A stretch of 64,000 nucleotides of DNA. Origin: a virus. The stretch's first letter is position 1. Each line of letters opens with the position of its first letter. A program made the translations under genes and the position numbers. Shown here one piece after another: positions 1 to 9,088 of this stretch. The notes beneath the pieces were generated by a model, which saw only the letters and a list, made by a program, of their open reading frames with translations, had not been told where the DNA came from and ran no database searches. The stretch lies in the IMG/VR virus record IMGVR_UViG_3300045988_133811, positions 72,790 to 136,789 of that record. One strand, written 5' to 3'.

Positions 1-209
1 TCTATAAAACTATAGTCCAATTTGTAGCCTAAACCATTACATATTTTATTGACATCATCAAAACTTAACGACTTTTTGTTTTTTAGGATATTAGATAAAT
101 TAGCTGGGGAGATACCAATAGCCGTTGCAAGTTGTTTTTGTGTATAATTCTTTCTTAATTGCAATTCTTTAATGGTTGCGATTAATTGAGTATTATCTAT
201 ATATATCAT
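1..209 (-). CDS. HTH XRE-family transcriptional regulator (CI/Cro-like), N-terminal part; gene continues beyond window start
   Basis: Minus-strand ORF starting at ATG (rc of 207-209) with RBS aaggaagg. Translation MIYIDNTQLIATIKELQLRKNYTQKQLATAIGISPANLSNILKNKKSLSFDDV... has a classic helix-turn-helix (QKQLATAIGISPANLSNI). Confidence 0.75.
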   Translation of the reverse strand, partial: MIYIDNTQLIATIKELQLRKNYTQKQLATAIGISPANLSNILKNKKSLSFDDVNKICNGLGYKLDYSFI

Positions 210-270
210 ATATGTTTTACCTTCCTTTACTTTTTATATTATTAAGTGTATAAAAATAATTTTAAAAAAG

Positions 271-319
271 ATCAAATAAATACTTGACAAATCAAGTAAA
301 AACTTGATATAATAATAAC
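271..319 (+). promoter_or_regulatory. Promoter-operator unit, copy 1: -35 TTGACA (284-289), 18-bp spacer, -10 TATAAT (308-313); inverted repeat atcaagt/acttgat in the spacer
   Basis: Consensus sigma-70-like hexamers. The 7-bp inverted repeat lies between -35 and -10. It is a direct repeat of 401-449. Confidence 0.65.
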
Positions 320-400
320 TGTCAAAAGGATACAAGATATAAATCAAGTATCTAATTGATATTATATCATAATTTGATTTTAAAACAAATCAAAAAATAA

Positions 401-449
401 ATCAAATAAATGCTTGACAAATCAAGTAAATACATGATATAATATAAAC
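401..449 (+). promoter_or_regulatory. Promoter-operator unit, copy 2: -35 TTGACA (414-419), 18-bp spacer, -10 TATAAT (438-443)
   Basis: About 85% identical direct repeat of 271-319 with the same -35/-10 geometry and the same dyad (atcaagt/acatgat). Confidence 0.65.
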
Positions 450-985
450 AAGTTAAGAGAGAGACATAAAAAACAAACCACATTGAGTTGTCGGTAGTTT
501 TCAAAAGTCAATCAATTAGCAACAACTTATAAACAGTCTTAAAAAGGAGAGTCAAACAAAAGTAAATCTTAAAAATAAATAAAACGGTTGTACATGATGA
601 AATGTACATAAGGATAATGAAAAAAGGCTTATAAGTGCTGGTAACACCTACAAGCCCATTAAGTATAAAATACTTAGTTCTAGACAATCTAAGTATAACA
701 TATCTTAAAAAGTTTTGTCAATTCTGATAAAACAAAATTCATTTTAAAGTGGCAGACACAATTCAATAGTTTTTTGTCTTGTATGATGATACAAGTTGAA
801 CCCTAGATAATATGCAAGTAATGTTGCAAGGGTTTAACGCAAAGACACTTGATGAGTAGAAGCCGTGTGGCAGAGTAGGGAATAAACCGTAATCAAAGGA
901 TTAACACATACAAGAAGCAAAAGACAACTTATATATTTGTAATATATAAGGGCAGACATGACATTGAACGGATCTAAACTTAAGG

Positions 986-1014
986 GTATCATTTTTTGAT
1001 ACTCTGTTTTTTTT
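986..1014 (+). terminator. Rho-independent terminator (gtatc-a-tttttt-gatac, then tctg + T8)
   Basis: 5-bp stem plus a long T-run on the + strand, downstream of the two strong promoters with no convincing ORF in between. Confidence 0.5.
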
Positions 1015-1187
1015 GTAACAAATTGTAGCAACTCTTTTCTTGTCTTAGAGTAGAAAAGACATGGTTCAAACTTTAAACAACTTTTTAATGGTTGTTAGTG
1101 CTGATTATAGCACAATGGCAAGTATATCAATTAGTAGTATATTTGTATTTATAAATGAACGCCAACGGCTTGTACCCTAGTAGTTAG

Positions 1188-1205
1188 TAATTTGTATACA
1201 AATTA
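1188..1205. promoter_or_regulatory. 18-bp perfect palindrome taatttgta|tacaaatta (operator-like site) just upstream of the first + strand gene
   Basis: Perfect dyad symmetry read directly from the sequence. Confidence 0.5.
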
Positions 1206-1306
1206 TATGAACATTGTTCACTGTCTTGCATACCGCTTTAATCGGCATTATAGAACTATTAAATTTTAAAATCTTATCAAGTCTGATAAGTAGAAAGAAG
1301 GAAATT

Positions 1307-1996
1307 ATGAATAAAAATAATTTTATGCCAATTGTTGAAAAAATCTGTTCTTTCCCACCTTCAGCACTAGATCGCACAGAAGAAGATGGTAAAGAACTGT
1401 TAAATCTTTGTAGAACATTGATGGACATGGTTAATATTCCATCAAATGCAGAAATCTATGAGATCCCTTTGATGAAAAACAATCAAGTTGTAATTTATTT
1501 CTTCTTAGAAAATGATGATGAGAAAGAGTATTGTCTTAATGCTGGTCATTGGTTAGATGATACAATTTCCATGAAACTAGAAGCATATGGGAAAGAAACG
1601 CATGAATACGATATTGAAATGTATACAGCATTTGAATCTTTGCCATTAGATTATTTTGAGAATCATGAAAAAGAAAGTGAAAACACAAAAGTTGTAAGAT
1701 TGTTTGAAAACAAATTAAACAATGAAGGATCTTTATTTTTAAGTCCTTCAGAAAAAAGAAATATCGGTAGAGTAGGTGTAAAAGCCTACTACGGTATGTT
1801 GGAAGTATATAAAGCATACAGCCCATATACAAGAAACGTGTATGGTGTTAACTTTACACAAAATGAGTATATAAAATTTATGTACTCTGAAAATAACATT
1901 GGCAATTGTGAACATTGCCCGGAGAATAACGGCGGTAAAGGTTTACACCCTTGCAATCAACCGAATTGTTGGGTATCTTGCCATTGTAACCAGTAA
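1307..1996 (+). CDS. Hypothetical protein with a Cys/His-rich C-terminus (CEHCPENNGGKGLHPCNQPNCWVSCHC)
   Basis: ORF track frame 1214..1996. Start moved to the ATG at 1307, which is preceded by the RBS gaaggaaa. Confidence 0.55.
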   Translation: MNKNNFMPIVEKICSFPPSALDRTEEDGKELLNLCRTLMDMVNIPSNAEIYEIPLMKNNQVVIYFFLENDDEKEYCLNAGHWLDDTISMKLEAYGKETHEYDIEMYTAFESLPLDYFENHEKESENTKVVRLFENKLNNEGSLFLSPSEKRNIGRVGVKAYYGMLEVYKAYSPYTRNVYGVNFTQNEYIKFMYSENNIGNCEHCPENNGGKGLHPCNQPNCWVSCHCNQ

Positions 1997-2107
1997 ACCA
2001 AAGGCACGATCTAAAAAAGATTGTGTCTTTTTTATTTGTAACTATTTAAAATCCCGCTTTTATAACTTAATGTAAGTCGGGTATTTCAAGAAAGAAGGTA
2101 TATTATT

Positions 2108-3049
2108 ATGATGATGAATAAGACAAACGAAACAAAAGTAAGAAATCTTGTTGAAGGCTTCCTTGTGAAAAATGATGACATTGAATCATTTGAAGAATTC
2201 ATGAAAGAATTTTACAAAGATCCCGACATGATGATTGATAATTTGAAATGGCGTGTTAATGGTGGCATTATGAAAGATGAAATACTTCCATGTGGCTACG
2301 TCAATGCTTACAAACAGATTTTAGAAATTGTTAGATATTCAAATATGAATATTAAAGAAATTGAATCATTAACATATGATGAAGTAAAAAACATAGCACT
2401 TGATCATATGTCAATCAATGGACATGATTGTTTCTTTGTTGATTTAGGAAAATACTTTGGATATTCAGTTCTTATTTTTAAGAATAAAAAGCATATCTAT
2501 TATGCTAATGATTATCAGTTACACCATCCAGCAACAAAAAACATTTATCAATTAAAAGAAAACTACATAAAACATTTAAATGAATCACTATTTTTTGATA
2601 GTGATTTTTTGTTTCCAGTGTCAACATATGATGAATATCAACGTAAGAATAACTATCTTTTGAATTATTACTCACAAAGATATGATCATTTATCAATGTA
2701 TTATTGTGGTTTTACACCTGACAAAAAGAAAGAAGCTGAATTCGAAAAACTAAAGAAAGAATATAAGTATTTTTCTACTGTTTGTTTCTGTTACTTTAAA
2801 AATGAGAACATAGTAACTAAGTTATTCAAATATAAACAGATCTTAGAAGATTCATTTTCAGAAATGAAAAAAACAGATGATGAATTCAGAAAAATGATCC
2901 GAAAAGAACTTGCCAATCATGAATTTTGTATTATACAAGATCCAACTGATACATTGGGTAGTTTGGGATTAACCAGGGATGAATTATCTTATAATCAAGA
3001 AATGATCTTGCAAGAAGAAATGAAAAGAAATGTGGAAATGTATTATTAA
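2108..3049 (+). CDS. Hypothetical protein (313 aa)
   Basis: Long ORF; RBS aagaaggt upstream; dense + strand packing. Confidence 0.6.
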   Translation: MMMNKTNETKVRNLVEGFLVKNDDIESFEEFMKEFYKDPDMMIDNLKWRVNGGIMKDEILPCGYVNAYKQILEIVRYSNMNIKEIESLTYDEVKNIALDHMSINGHDCFFVDLGKYFGYSVLIFKNKKHIYYANDYQLHHPATKNIYQLKENYIKHLNESLFFDSDFLFPVSTYDEYQRKNNYLLNYYSQRYDHLSMYYCGFTPDKKKEAEFEKLKKEYKYFSTVCFCYFKNENIVTKLFKYKQILEDSFSEMKKTDDEFRKMIRKELANHEFCIIQDPTDTLGSLGLTRDELSYNQEMILQEEMKRNVEMYY

Positions 3050-3066
3050 AGAAAGAAGGTATTATC

Positions 3067-3579
3067 ATGAATTATTATAGTTTAGATGGAATTCAGACAG
3101 AAATCAAAAGACAGATCGAAAGAACAAAGTGCTTAATTGAAAAATGGGAGAAAGTTACATATCCAACCAAAAAAGATGGTGCACCATTCAAAAATATGTC
3201 AAAGAATTTTGACGGTGCTACATATACCGCAAAAGATAATAGTGCAGAATTATCAATCTGCGGATGGTCTGAACTCAGCGGATATGAACATGATACTATT
3301 TTCTGCCATGAAACAAAATACGATCATGGACAATATACAACCATCCTTTATGACGTAAATCAGATTAAAGAAAAGATCAATAATAGGATTGACGATTTAA
3401 AAGACAATCTTGTTTCATTAGAAAAACAGTTAGAAGTATCTAAAAAAGCATATACAGAATTCCAGGAAGTATATGAAAATATGAGAAATAGCCTTAAGGA
3501 ATTAAGCGGATGCAAAAATGAACAATACGGAAATACTTTATTCCATGCAATCTATGGAACTATTGTTAAACCATATTAG
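3067..3579 (+). CDS. Hypothetical protein (170 aa)
   Basis: ORF with RBS aagaaggt; the overlapping 73-aa frame at 3137 is judged spurious. Confidence 0.6.
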   Translation: MNYYSLDGIQTEIKRQIERTKCLIEKWEKVTYPTKKDGAPFKNMSKNFDGATYTAKDNSAELSICGWSELSGYEHDTIFCHETKYDHGQYTTILYDVNQIKEKINNRIDDLKDNLVSLEKQLEVSKKAYTEFQEVYENMRNSLKELSGCKNEQYGNTLFHAIYGTIVKPY

Positions 3580-3602
3580 AGAAATAAAAGGAGTGTTTTA
3601 AA

Positions 3603-3965
3603 ATGGAACAATATTTATATGCTGATGAATATGATGATAATGAGATTAAAATTCTAACGGTTGGACAACTGTTAGAATTTTTTAATAAATCGGATGATAA
3701 AAAGAACGGTTCAAGTTTAGATGATTATATTAAAGACAATATCAAAATGGATCTTATTGAACCGTTTTGCCCACATAAAGAAGCAGAAACGGTTGTTTGT
3801 GATTTACAGCCATTAGCAAAACAGTATATCTTACAAGAAGCTGAGAAGGTTTTTAATGATATGCCGTGGGTAGATACTCAAGAAGAACTGGATAACGTGT
3901 ATCATGAGAAAATCAAGAACTTATATGATACGGTTGATTTTTCAGAGTTTGTAGCGTATTTATAG
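3603..3965 (+). CDS. Hypothetical acidic protein (120 aa)
   Basis: ORF with RBS aaggag; followed by a terminator. Confidence 0.6.
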   Translation: MEQYLYADEYDDNEIKILTVGQLLEFFNKSDDKKNGSSLDDYIKDNIKMDLIEPFCPHKEAETVVCDLQPLAKQYILQEAEKVFNDMPWVDTQEELDNVYHEKIKNLYDTVDFSEFVAYL

Positions 3966-3977
3966 ATTGAATATTAT

Positions 3978-4010
3978 AGACAAGTCAAAACACGGCTTGT
4001 CTATTTTGTT
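3978..4010 (+). terminator. Rho-independent terminator (agacaag ... cttgtct + attttgtt)
   Basis: 7-bp stem, 11-nt loop, T-rich tail. Confidence 0.6.
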
Positions 4011-4060
4011 GAACCTATAAAGAAAAATAAAGTCCCGTAAAGGGCAGAAAGAAGGGTGTT

Positions 4061-4312
4061 ATGACAAAATACAGAGTGATTTTTGGTTATTTCAGCGAAC
4101 TTGTAACAGTTGACGAACCTACAACGGACTACGGCACAATTTTAGATCTTGCGATCGATCAACTAGAATCTGATGGAAATATTGGTGTATTTGTTTCAGA
4201 TGATGACATAGAACGTGATGGAATCAATGATGATATGTATATTACTGGTGGAAATCACGGACTTAATTTATATCATGGTGGTAATTTCATGATAGAAAGA
4301 GTTGACGAGTAG
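4061..4312 (+). CDS. Hypothetical protein (83 aa)
   Basis: ORF with RBS gaagggtg. Confidence 0.5.
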   Translation: MTKYRVIFGYFSELVTVDEPTTDYGTILDLAIDQLESDGNIGVFVSDDDIERDGINDDMYITGGNHGLNLYHGGNFMIERVDE

Positions 4313-4325
4313 GAGGTAAAAAGAT

Positions 4326-4637
4326 ATGAATAAAATGAATGGGTTTTACTTTTTGATGGGTTGCAAAGATGTTTTTGTTAAAACAGAAAAGAAAAATAAA
4401 ACAGTAGGTTTAGCCAAAGAAATTTGTGAGAAAATGGGATATCCAGCGAGCCAAAACAATGTAACCGAGTTGATCCGCAGATTACAAAAGGCAACGTATC
4501 AGCTTACTATACTTTCCAATGGTAGAAAATGCCACGATATAAAAGGAAATGGATTTTCTTATGGAAGTTTTGTTGACGAAAATAATACGATTATTATTGA
4601 TTTAAATAAACCAGGAGGAAAGAACAATGGAAAATAA
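4326..4637 (+). CDS. Hypothetical protein (103 aa)
   Basis: ORF with RBS aggaggtaaaaag. Confidence 0.55.
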   Translation: MNKMNGFYFLMGCKDVFVKTEKKNKTVGLAKEICEKMGYPASQNNVTELIRRLQKATYQLTILSNGRKCHDIKGNGFSYGSFVDENNTIIIDLNKPGGKNNGK

Positions 4638-4821
4638 GACACAATTACATAAACCAAAACTAACAGATATAGCCGTTGCGATTGTATGGATTGCGATGGC
4701 TATTGTTACGTTTATAAGAATACCGCAAGCCTTCATTTTAGAAGCATTATTGGTAATTATTACCGCTGTCTATATGCTTGCTTGCGTTGGATTTTTTGAT
4801 GATACAGATATAGAAGAATAG
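4627..4821 (+). CDS. Small membrane protein (two predicted TM helices)
   Basis: RBS aggaggaaag; hydrophobic stretches IAVAIVWIAMAIVTFI and ALLVIITAVYMLACVGFF. Confidence 0.5.
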   Translation: MENKTQLHKPKLTDIAVAIVWIAMAIVTFIRIPQAFILEALLVIITAVYMLACVGFFDDTDIEE

Positions 4822-4841
4822 GAAAGAAGGTACAGAACGCA

Positions 4842-5450
4842 ATGAAAACAAAACAGAACAAAACAATCAAGATCTTATTAGCCGTAGCACTCATGTTTAC
4901 GGCTTTTTTAATGATGGAAAATACAGTACACGCAAAGACAAAAAGAAGCACGTACAGAACGATAAACGGCATTTATAACAGTGACGGCACAATTGACACG
5001 GTTGACGGCTACTGTTGGAAAGTTCGCAAGGGATCATATGCCTATCCAGGGACTACCGTTGTAACTGTAAAATTTAACACACACGGCACTAGAAATAAGC
5101 TCGATGATAGCATTGTAAAGATCGTAGCAAAGAATAGAAATATCCAGCTTGTAAACGATTATATACGCAGAAATTACGATCTAAACGCCTATAAGGTAAA
5201 GTATATCAACACTAGAAAATTAACGGATAAAATGATCCGTGAATGTGCCACACGACATACGATTTACGTGGAAATTATCAAAAGTGTTTCTGCTGGTGGT
5301 AGACATGGAACGTATGGAAAAAACTACTACATTGCCTATAACAAACGTGTACGCAAAGGAAAGCACGTAACAAGCTATTGTGTATGGAATCCTTGCAATA
5401 GTTACTGCGATGACGTAGAAGCCGTGACAGATAATGGAAAAATCAGATAA
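4842..5450 (+). CDS. Secreted protein with N-terminal signal peptide (MKTKQNKTIKILLAVALMFTAFLMMENTVHA)
   Basis: RBS gaaagaaggt; a typical signal peptide ending AKT. Confidence 0.6.
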   Translation: MKTKQNKTIKILLAVALMFTAFLMMENTVHAKTKRSTYRTINGIYNSDGTIDTVDGYCWKVRKGSYAYPGTTVVTVKFNTHGTRNKLDDSIVKIVAKNRNIQLVNDYIRRNYDLNAYKVKYINTRKLTDKMIRECATRHTIYVEIIKSVSAGGRHGTYGKNYYIAYNKRVRKGKHVTSYCVWNPCNSYCDDVEAVTDNGKIR

Positions 5451-5459
5451 GAAGGAAGG

Positions 5460-5702
5460 TTGGAAATCATGACAACGATTACTATATACAGAAACAAACG
5501 CAACAAAAACAAATATATAGAAGTCCATAACGATGGATATTATCATAACTCTGTAAAACAGTATATGCAATGGAAAAAAGATCACAATGGAAATCAGCTT
5601 GCCAAACCTATCAGAAATGAAACGGGGGATCGAGTATTGCATAGATGGAAAAAAGCAAACCTGATGGAGCTACTGGAAGATTATGAACTGATTACAGCAT
5701 AG
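5460..5702 (+). CDS. Hypothetical protein (80 aa)
   Basis: ORF with RBS gaaggaaggttgg. Confidence 0.5.
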   Translation: MEIMTTITIYRNKRNKNKYIEVHNDGYYHNSVKQYMQWKKDHNGNQLAKPIRNETGDRVLHRWKKANLMELLEDYELITA

Positions 5703-5718
5703 GAGGATGGAAGAAATT

Positions 5719-6030
5719 ATGAAAGATTATAGAACGATTATTGATAGTGATACAGTAGAAATGTTTTGCACGACTTTAAATAATTACTTAGAAGATAGTT
5801 TTGAAGGTTGTATGCTGGATAACTATTTCTTTGATATTGGAAATAGTAACATGAGATGGGGCAGAATCAAACTAAGAAAGTACGTGATGATCTTAGAAAA
5901 AGGCTTGAATGAATGGTCTAGTGTCAACGAATTGTACATGACAGACAGCGAAAAGAAGTATAGAGAACTGTTGGATATGTACTATAAAGATCGTGAAGAA
6001 TATGAGAAAGAAGAACTGGAAACGGCATAG
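5719..6030 (+). CDS. Hypothetical protein
   Basis: Track ORF 5707..6030. Start moved to the ATG at 5719, which is better spaced from AGGAGG (5701-5706). Confidence 0.5.
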   Translation: MKDYRTIIDSDTVEMFCTTLNNYLEDSFEGCMLDNYFFDIGNSNMRWGRIKLRKYVMILEKGLNEWSSVNELYMTDSEKKYRELLDMYYKDREEYEKEELETA

Positions 6031-6049
6031 AATAGGAGGATGGAAGATC

Positions 6050-6394
6050 ATGAAAGAAAGAGAAGTAAGAACCGCAAAGAAGTTTGGAATTTTAGATAAA
6101 TGTCAAGAACTAGAACAAGAACTCTTACAAATTGGCAGAGTTGAAAAGATAGAATTTGATCTTAATGGATTTTACAGTGATATATATCAAGTAATTATCT
6201 TAGCAATATATGATATTCCAGCAACTTTGGAAAACTATTTTGAAACACGGAAGGAAGTCGTGAAAAATATCATCAAGGTTGCTGGAAATTATGGATTAAC
6301 AAGAACAGAAGATGCTATCGAGGACTACGGAACGACATTTTATTTTGTGTTTCGTTGTTCTAAAGAATGGAAAAATAAAGAAACTAAAAGATAA
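6050..6394 (+). CDS. Hypothetical protein
   Basis: Track ORF 5993..6394. Start moved to the ATG at 6050 after the RBS aggagga. Confidence 0.5.
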   Translation: MKEREVRTAKKFGILDKCQELEQELLQIGRVEKIEFDLNGFYSDIYQVIILAIYDIPATLENYFETRKEVVKNIIKVAGNYGLTRTEDAIEDYGTTFYFVFRCSKEWKNKETKR

Positions 6395-6412
6395 CCAGGA
6401 GGAACAATAGAT

Positions 6413-6748
6413 ATGATTGGAAATAGATATGAATTGAAAAAAGATGAAACAGAACTAAAAGAAATTGAAAATGATCTTGCAAGACATCTTAATGTGCCAT
6501 TTGTAAAATGTAGCTATGACAATGTAAATAGTCATAAGTATAAAGATAAAAATGAAATTGAATATAGAAATAAAGAAGCAATGGAAACTGGTTTATATGA
6601 TATATGTGATTACATTATTAACTATGAAAAATACAATACGTTAGATGACTATAAACAAAATAATGGCGGATACGATGGGGAGGTGTATGAATTGTTATAT
6701 CTTAAGGGAAATGGAAATTATATTGTGATTACCAATATCGCAGAATGA
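6413..6748 (+). CDS. Hypothetical protein (111 aa)
   Basis: RBS ccaggagga. Confidence 0.55.
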   Translation: MIGNRYELKKDETELKEIENDLARHLNVPFVKCSYDNVNSHKYKDKNEIEYRNKEAMETGLYDICDYIINYEKYNTLDDYKQNNGGYDGEVYELLYLKGNGNYIVITNIAE

Positions 6749-6778
6749 TTTATAAGAAAGAATAGGAGGAACGATAGA

Positions 6779-7084
6779 ATGGAAAAGAACTTAAAAGATT
6801 TATACTTTGTATCTGTTTATTACAGTTTTGATTGTGATTCACCGCTTTATGTTTTTAGTACAGAAGAAGAAGCGGTTGCATTTATTAGAAAACAATATCA
6901 GGATGAATTAAACATAGAATGTAGAGAATTGGAAATTGATATGAGTGTTTCTGAAAAGGATTATAGTGATTATGGATTATTTGTCAATATATCCGATGAT
7001 GGAAATTTTGCACGTATTGAACAAGTAAATGATGATCCGTCATTTATTGAATGGAATTTAACAACATTAAGAAATGATTTATAA
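6779..7084 (+). CDS. Hypothetical protein (101 aa)
   Basis: RBS taggagga. Confidence 0.55.
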   Translation: MEKNLKDLYFVSVYYSFDCDSPLYVFSTEEEAVAFIRKQYQDELNIECRELEIDMSVSEKDYSDYGLFVNISDDGNFARIEQVNDDPSFIEWNLTTLRNDL

Positions 7085-7101
7085 AAAGGAAGGTGTACAA
7101 A

Positions 7102-7374
7102 ATGGAAATTTTAAAGATGACAAGAACAAACATGGTAGTGATTCAGACAGTGGAAAAGGAAGAACATAACACTTTTGACATTGGAAAAATCAAGGTATCA
7201 GCTTTACCACCGATCGCAAAGAAAGATCTTATCGCAGAACTTAAAAGTAAAGGATTCTGTGATGGAATGATTCATACAGCTTTACAATGTAAGTTAGAAG
7301 ATCTGAACGGATATGTGAACGTATGGAAGTATGTAGCATATATCCTTGCTGTAGAACTGATGGAAAGATTATAA
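7102..7374 (+). CDS. Hypothetical protein
   Basis: Track frame 7093..7374. First ATG at 7102 follows the RBS aaaggaagg. Confidence 0.5.
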   Translation: MEILKMTRTNMVVIQTVEKEEHNTFDIGKIKVSALPPIAKKDLIAELKSKGFCDGMIHTALQCKLEDLNGYVNVWKYVAYILAVELMERL

Positions 7375-7390
7375 GAAGGGCGGTGGAAAC

Positions 7391-7849
7391 ATGGAAAATA
7401 CAAATACATTAACAGTAAAATTCGTCGGTTTTGGTGGTGGATTTATGGAATATCCATGCTATAAAGATGAAAACGAAAAGCTATATTTTGACATAAACGA
7501 TGGAAAAAATGGACTTGACTTATACACTGGTGCTTACATGGATGAACTTGGAGATATTTGTGGTGAACCAAATCAGTCAGTAATGCAAGAAATCAAATGC
7601 GATAAACCATTTTCAAGGAATCTTAGGGAACGTGATTATCAGTTTCTAAGTAGATTAAAAGCAGATTGCGAATACTTCTTAAGAAATGGAAACGGTTGTA
7701 AGAAATACTTATATAAAGAAAGCATTGAAAAACATTGCGATGAGATGGAAAAAATATGGAATTCATTTACAGACGAACAAAAACCTAAATGGTTAACGAT
7801 GGAACAAATAAAAGATTTTAGAAAGAAAATGTTAAATACAAGAAAGTAG
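7391..7849 (+). CDS. Hypothetical protein (152 aa)
   Basis: RBS ggcggtggaaac + ATG. Confidence 0.55.
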   Translation: MENTNTLTVKFVGFGGGFMEYPCYKDENEKLYFDINDGKNGLDLYTGAYMDELGDICGEPNQSVMQEIKCDKPFSRNLRERDYQFLSRLKADCEYFLRNGNGCKKYLYKESIEKHCDEMEKIWNSFTDEQKPKWLTMEQIKDFRKKMLNTRK

Positions 7850-7858
7850 GTGGAAATT

Positions 7859-8047
7859 ATGATCGTAAGAAACACTTATACAGATGGTAGAACAGAAATT
7901 TTTTGTAATACGCCCGATGAATACAATGACTTATGTTGTGAGTACGATTTAGAAGATTGTGGTATGAGTGGAAAATACGTTGGATCTAGTTGGAGCCACG
8001 ATGATAAGAACAATGTAGACGTTTATTTTAAATGTACAGAACAGTAG
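7859..8047 (+). CDS. Small Cys-containing hypothetical protein
   Basis: Track frame 7850..8047. ATG at 7859 in the recurring context aggtggaaattATG. Confidence 0.45.
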   Translation: MIVRNTYTDGRTEIFCNTPDEYNDLCCEYDLEDCGMSGKYVGSSWSHDDKNNVDVYFKCTEQ

Positions 8048-8063
8048 AAAGTAGGTGGAAAGA

Positions 8064-8297
8064 ATGAGTCGCAGAACGACTATGGAAGCATTAGCGTGTC
8101 ACATTGAACGAAAGTACAACACACTGTACTACACGGAAAATCCTCCGAACGCTGGAATTGATGATAGCTTACATGGTTATAAATACTTCTTGCTATTCAA
8201 GAACACGTTCGGAATTTTTCAGAAATATAAAACGCAAGAAGAAGCAATTAATGGCATGACGGAAATTTTAAAAGAAGATCCGTCAAAACTTATTTAG
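8064..8297 (+). CDS. Hypothetical protein
   Basis: Track frame 8055..8297. ATG at 8064 after aggtggaaaga. Confidence 0.45.
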   Translation: MSRRTTMEALACHIERKYNTLYYTENPPNAGIDDSLHGYKYFLLFKNTFGIFQKYKTQEEAINGMTEILKEDPSKLI

Positions 8298-8467
8298 TTA
8301 CATAGCCAATTAAAGGCTTTTACTACTCATGATGATATGAGTATACACCCTAACGGAAATACTGGACTATTGAAGCTAATAGTTACTTTAAATGAACGGA
8401 AAGACTGTACTACTGGTTGATGGTAGTGACGTATTGGAACGGAAAAACGGTGGCGTATGGTAATTTG

Positions 8468-8494
8468 TGATAGGTTCGATTCCTATCCCGTCAC
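8468..8494 (+). other. tRNA 3'-end-like fragment (T-arm atagg-ttcgatt-cctat plus acceptor strand cccgtca)
   Basis: Canonical GGTTCGATTCC T-loop with a 5-bp T-stem and an acceptor-like strand. Upstream there is only a partial 5' acceptor match (tgacgta) and 36 nt where 8-48 normally needs about 40, so it does not fold as a full tRNA. Confidence 0.35.
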
Positions 8495-8588
8495 TTCACA
8501 CGATGGAAATTATCGTGTATAATAAAGATGTAGCAACTAATAAAATCTGATCCTAAGATCAGTCACTAACGAAAGGGTGATGGAAATT

Positions 8589-9074
8589 ATGGTTTTAGAG
8601 CTCAAAAGAGTTCCAGATATGGATAAGAATTTTACGAAATTGACTTATCGTGGATACACAATGCCATTAAAGAAAGGTCGTTGGTATTATGGACAAGATC
8701 TTGAAACTGGAAATCTTTGTGTCACGAATGGTTTTGAATGTGGTGGACGTACTCAAATATTTATTCAGTATGAGAAAGGGAAAAAATATACAGAAGAATG
8801 GCTGAATTTGTATGATGATAACGGAAATCAGCAAATAACAATCGCAGAACCAGATTTAACTAATATCATGACAGATATTAAGGATAATATATCTCATAGT
8901 ATGGATATTGATGATTGGTGTATTGGAAATGGATATGATGCAGAATATCTTAGACAAACCAAAAAAGAAAACCTTGAAGCATTGGAAAAAGATTATCAAT
9001 ATTATTTATACATGGGTTGGAAGTATCCTTACTTTGTAAGACAGATTGTAGAAAAACATATAGGAAAGATGTAA
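8589..9074 (+). CDS. Hypothetical protein
   Basis: Track frame 8577..9074. ATG at 8589 in the context ggtgatggaaattATG. Confidence 0.5.
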   Translation: MVLELKRVPDMDKNFTKLTYRGYTMPLKKGRWYYGQDLETGNLCVTNGFECGGRTQIFIQYEKGKKYTEEWLNLYDDNGNQQITIAEPDLTNIMTDIKDNISHSMDIDDWCIGNGYDAEYLRQTKKENLEALEKDYQYYLYMGWKYPYFVRQIVEKHIGKM

Positions 9075-9088
9075 ACGAGGTGGAAATT

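Noticed and set aside
834-1031. 65-aa minus-strand ORF in the long leader region
   Set aside because: Low-complexity hydrophobic translation, no RBS, and it overlaps the + strand terminator. Most likely a chance frame in AT-rich non-coding DNA.
1166-1176. 11-nt identity (aacggcttgta) between the array-1 spacer and the upstream leader
   Set aside because: Far too short for a protospacer and not flanked by extended identity. Judged coincidental.
1177-1428. 83-aa minus-strand ORF overlapping the first + strand gene and the 18-bp palindrome
   Set aside because: Antisense to a well-supported + strand gene with no RBS. Typical spurious antisense frame.
8425-8495. Possible complete tRNA gene
   Set aside because: Only the T-arm and 3' acceptor are convincing. 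The 5' acceptor pairs 5/7, and the region between positions 8 and 49 is about 5 nt too short and lacks D/anticodon arm pairing. Kept only as a tRNA-fragment feature.
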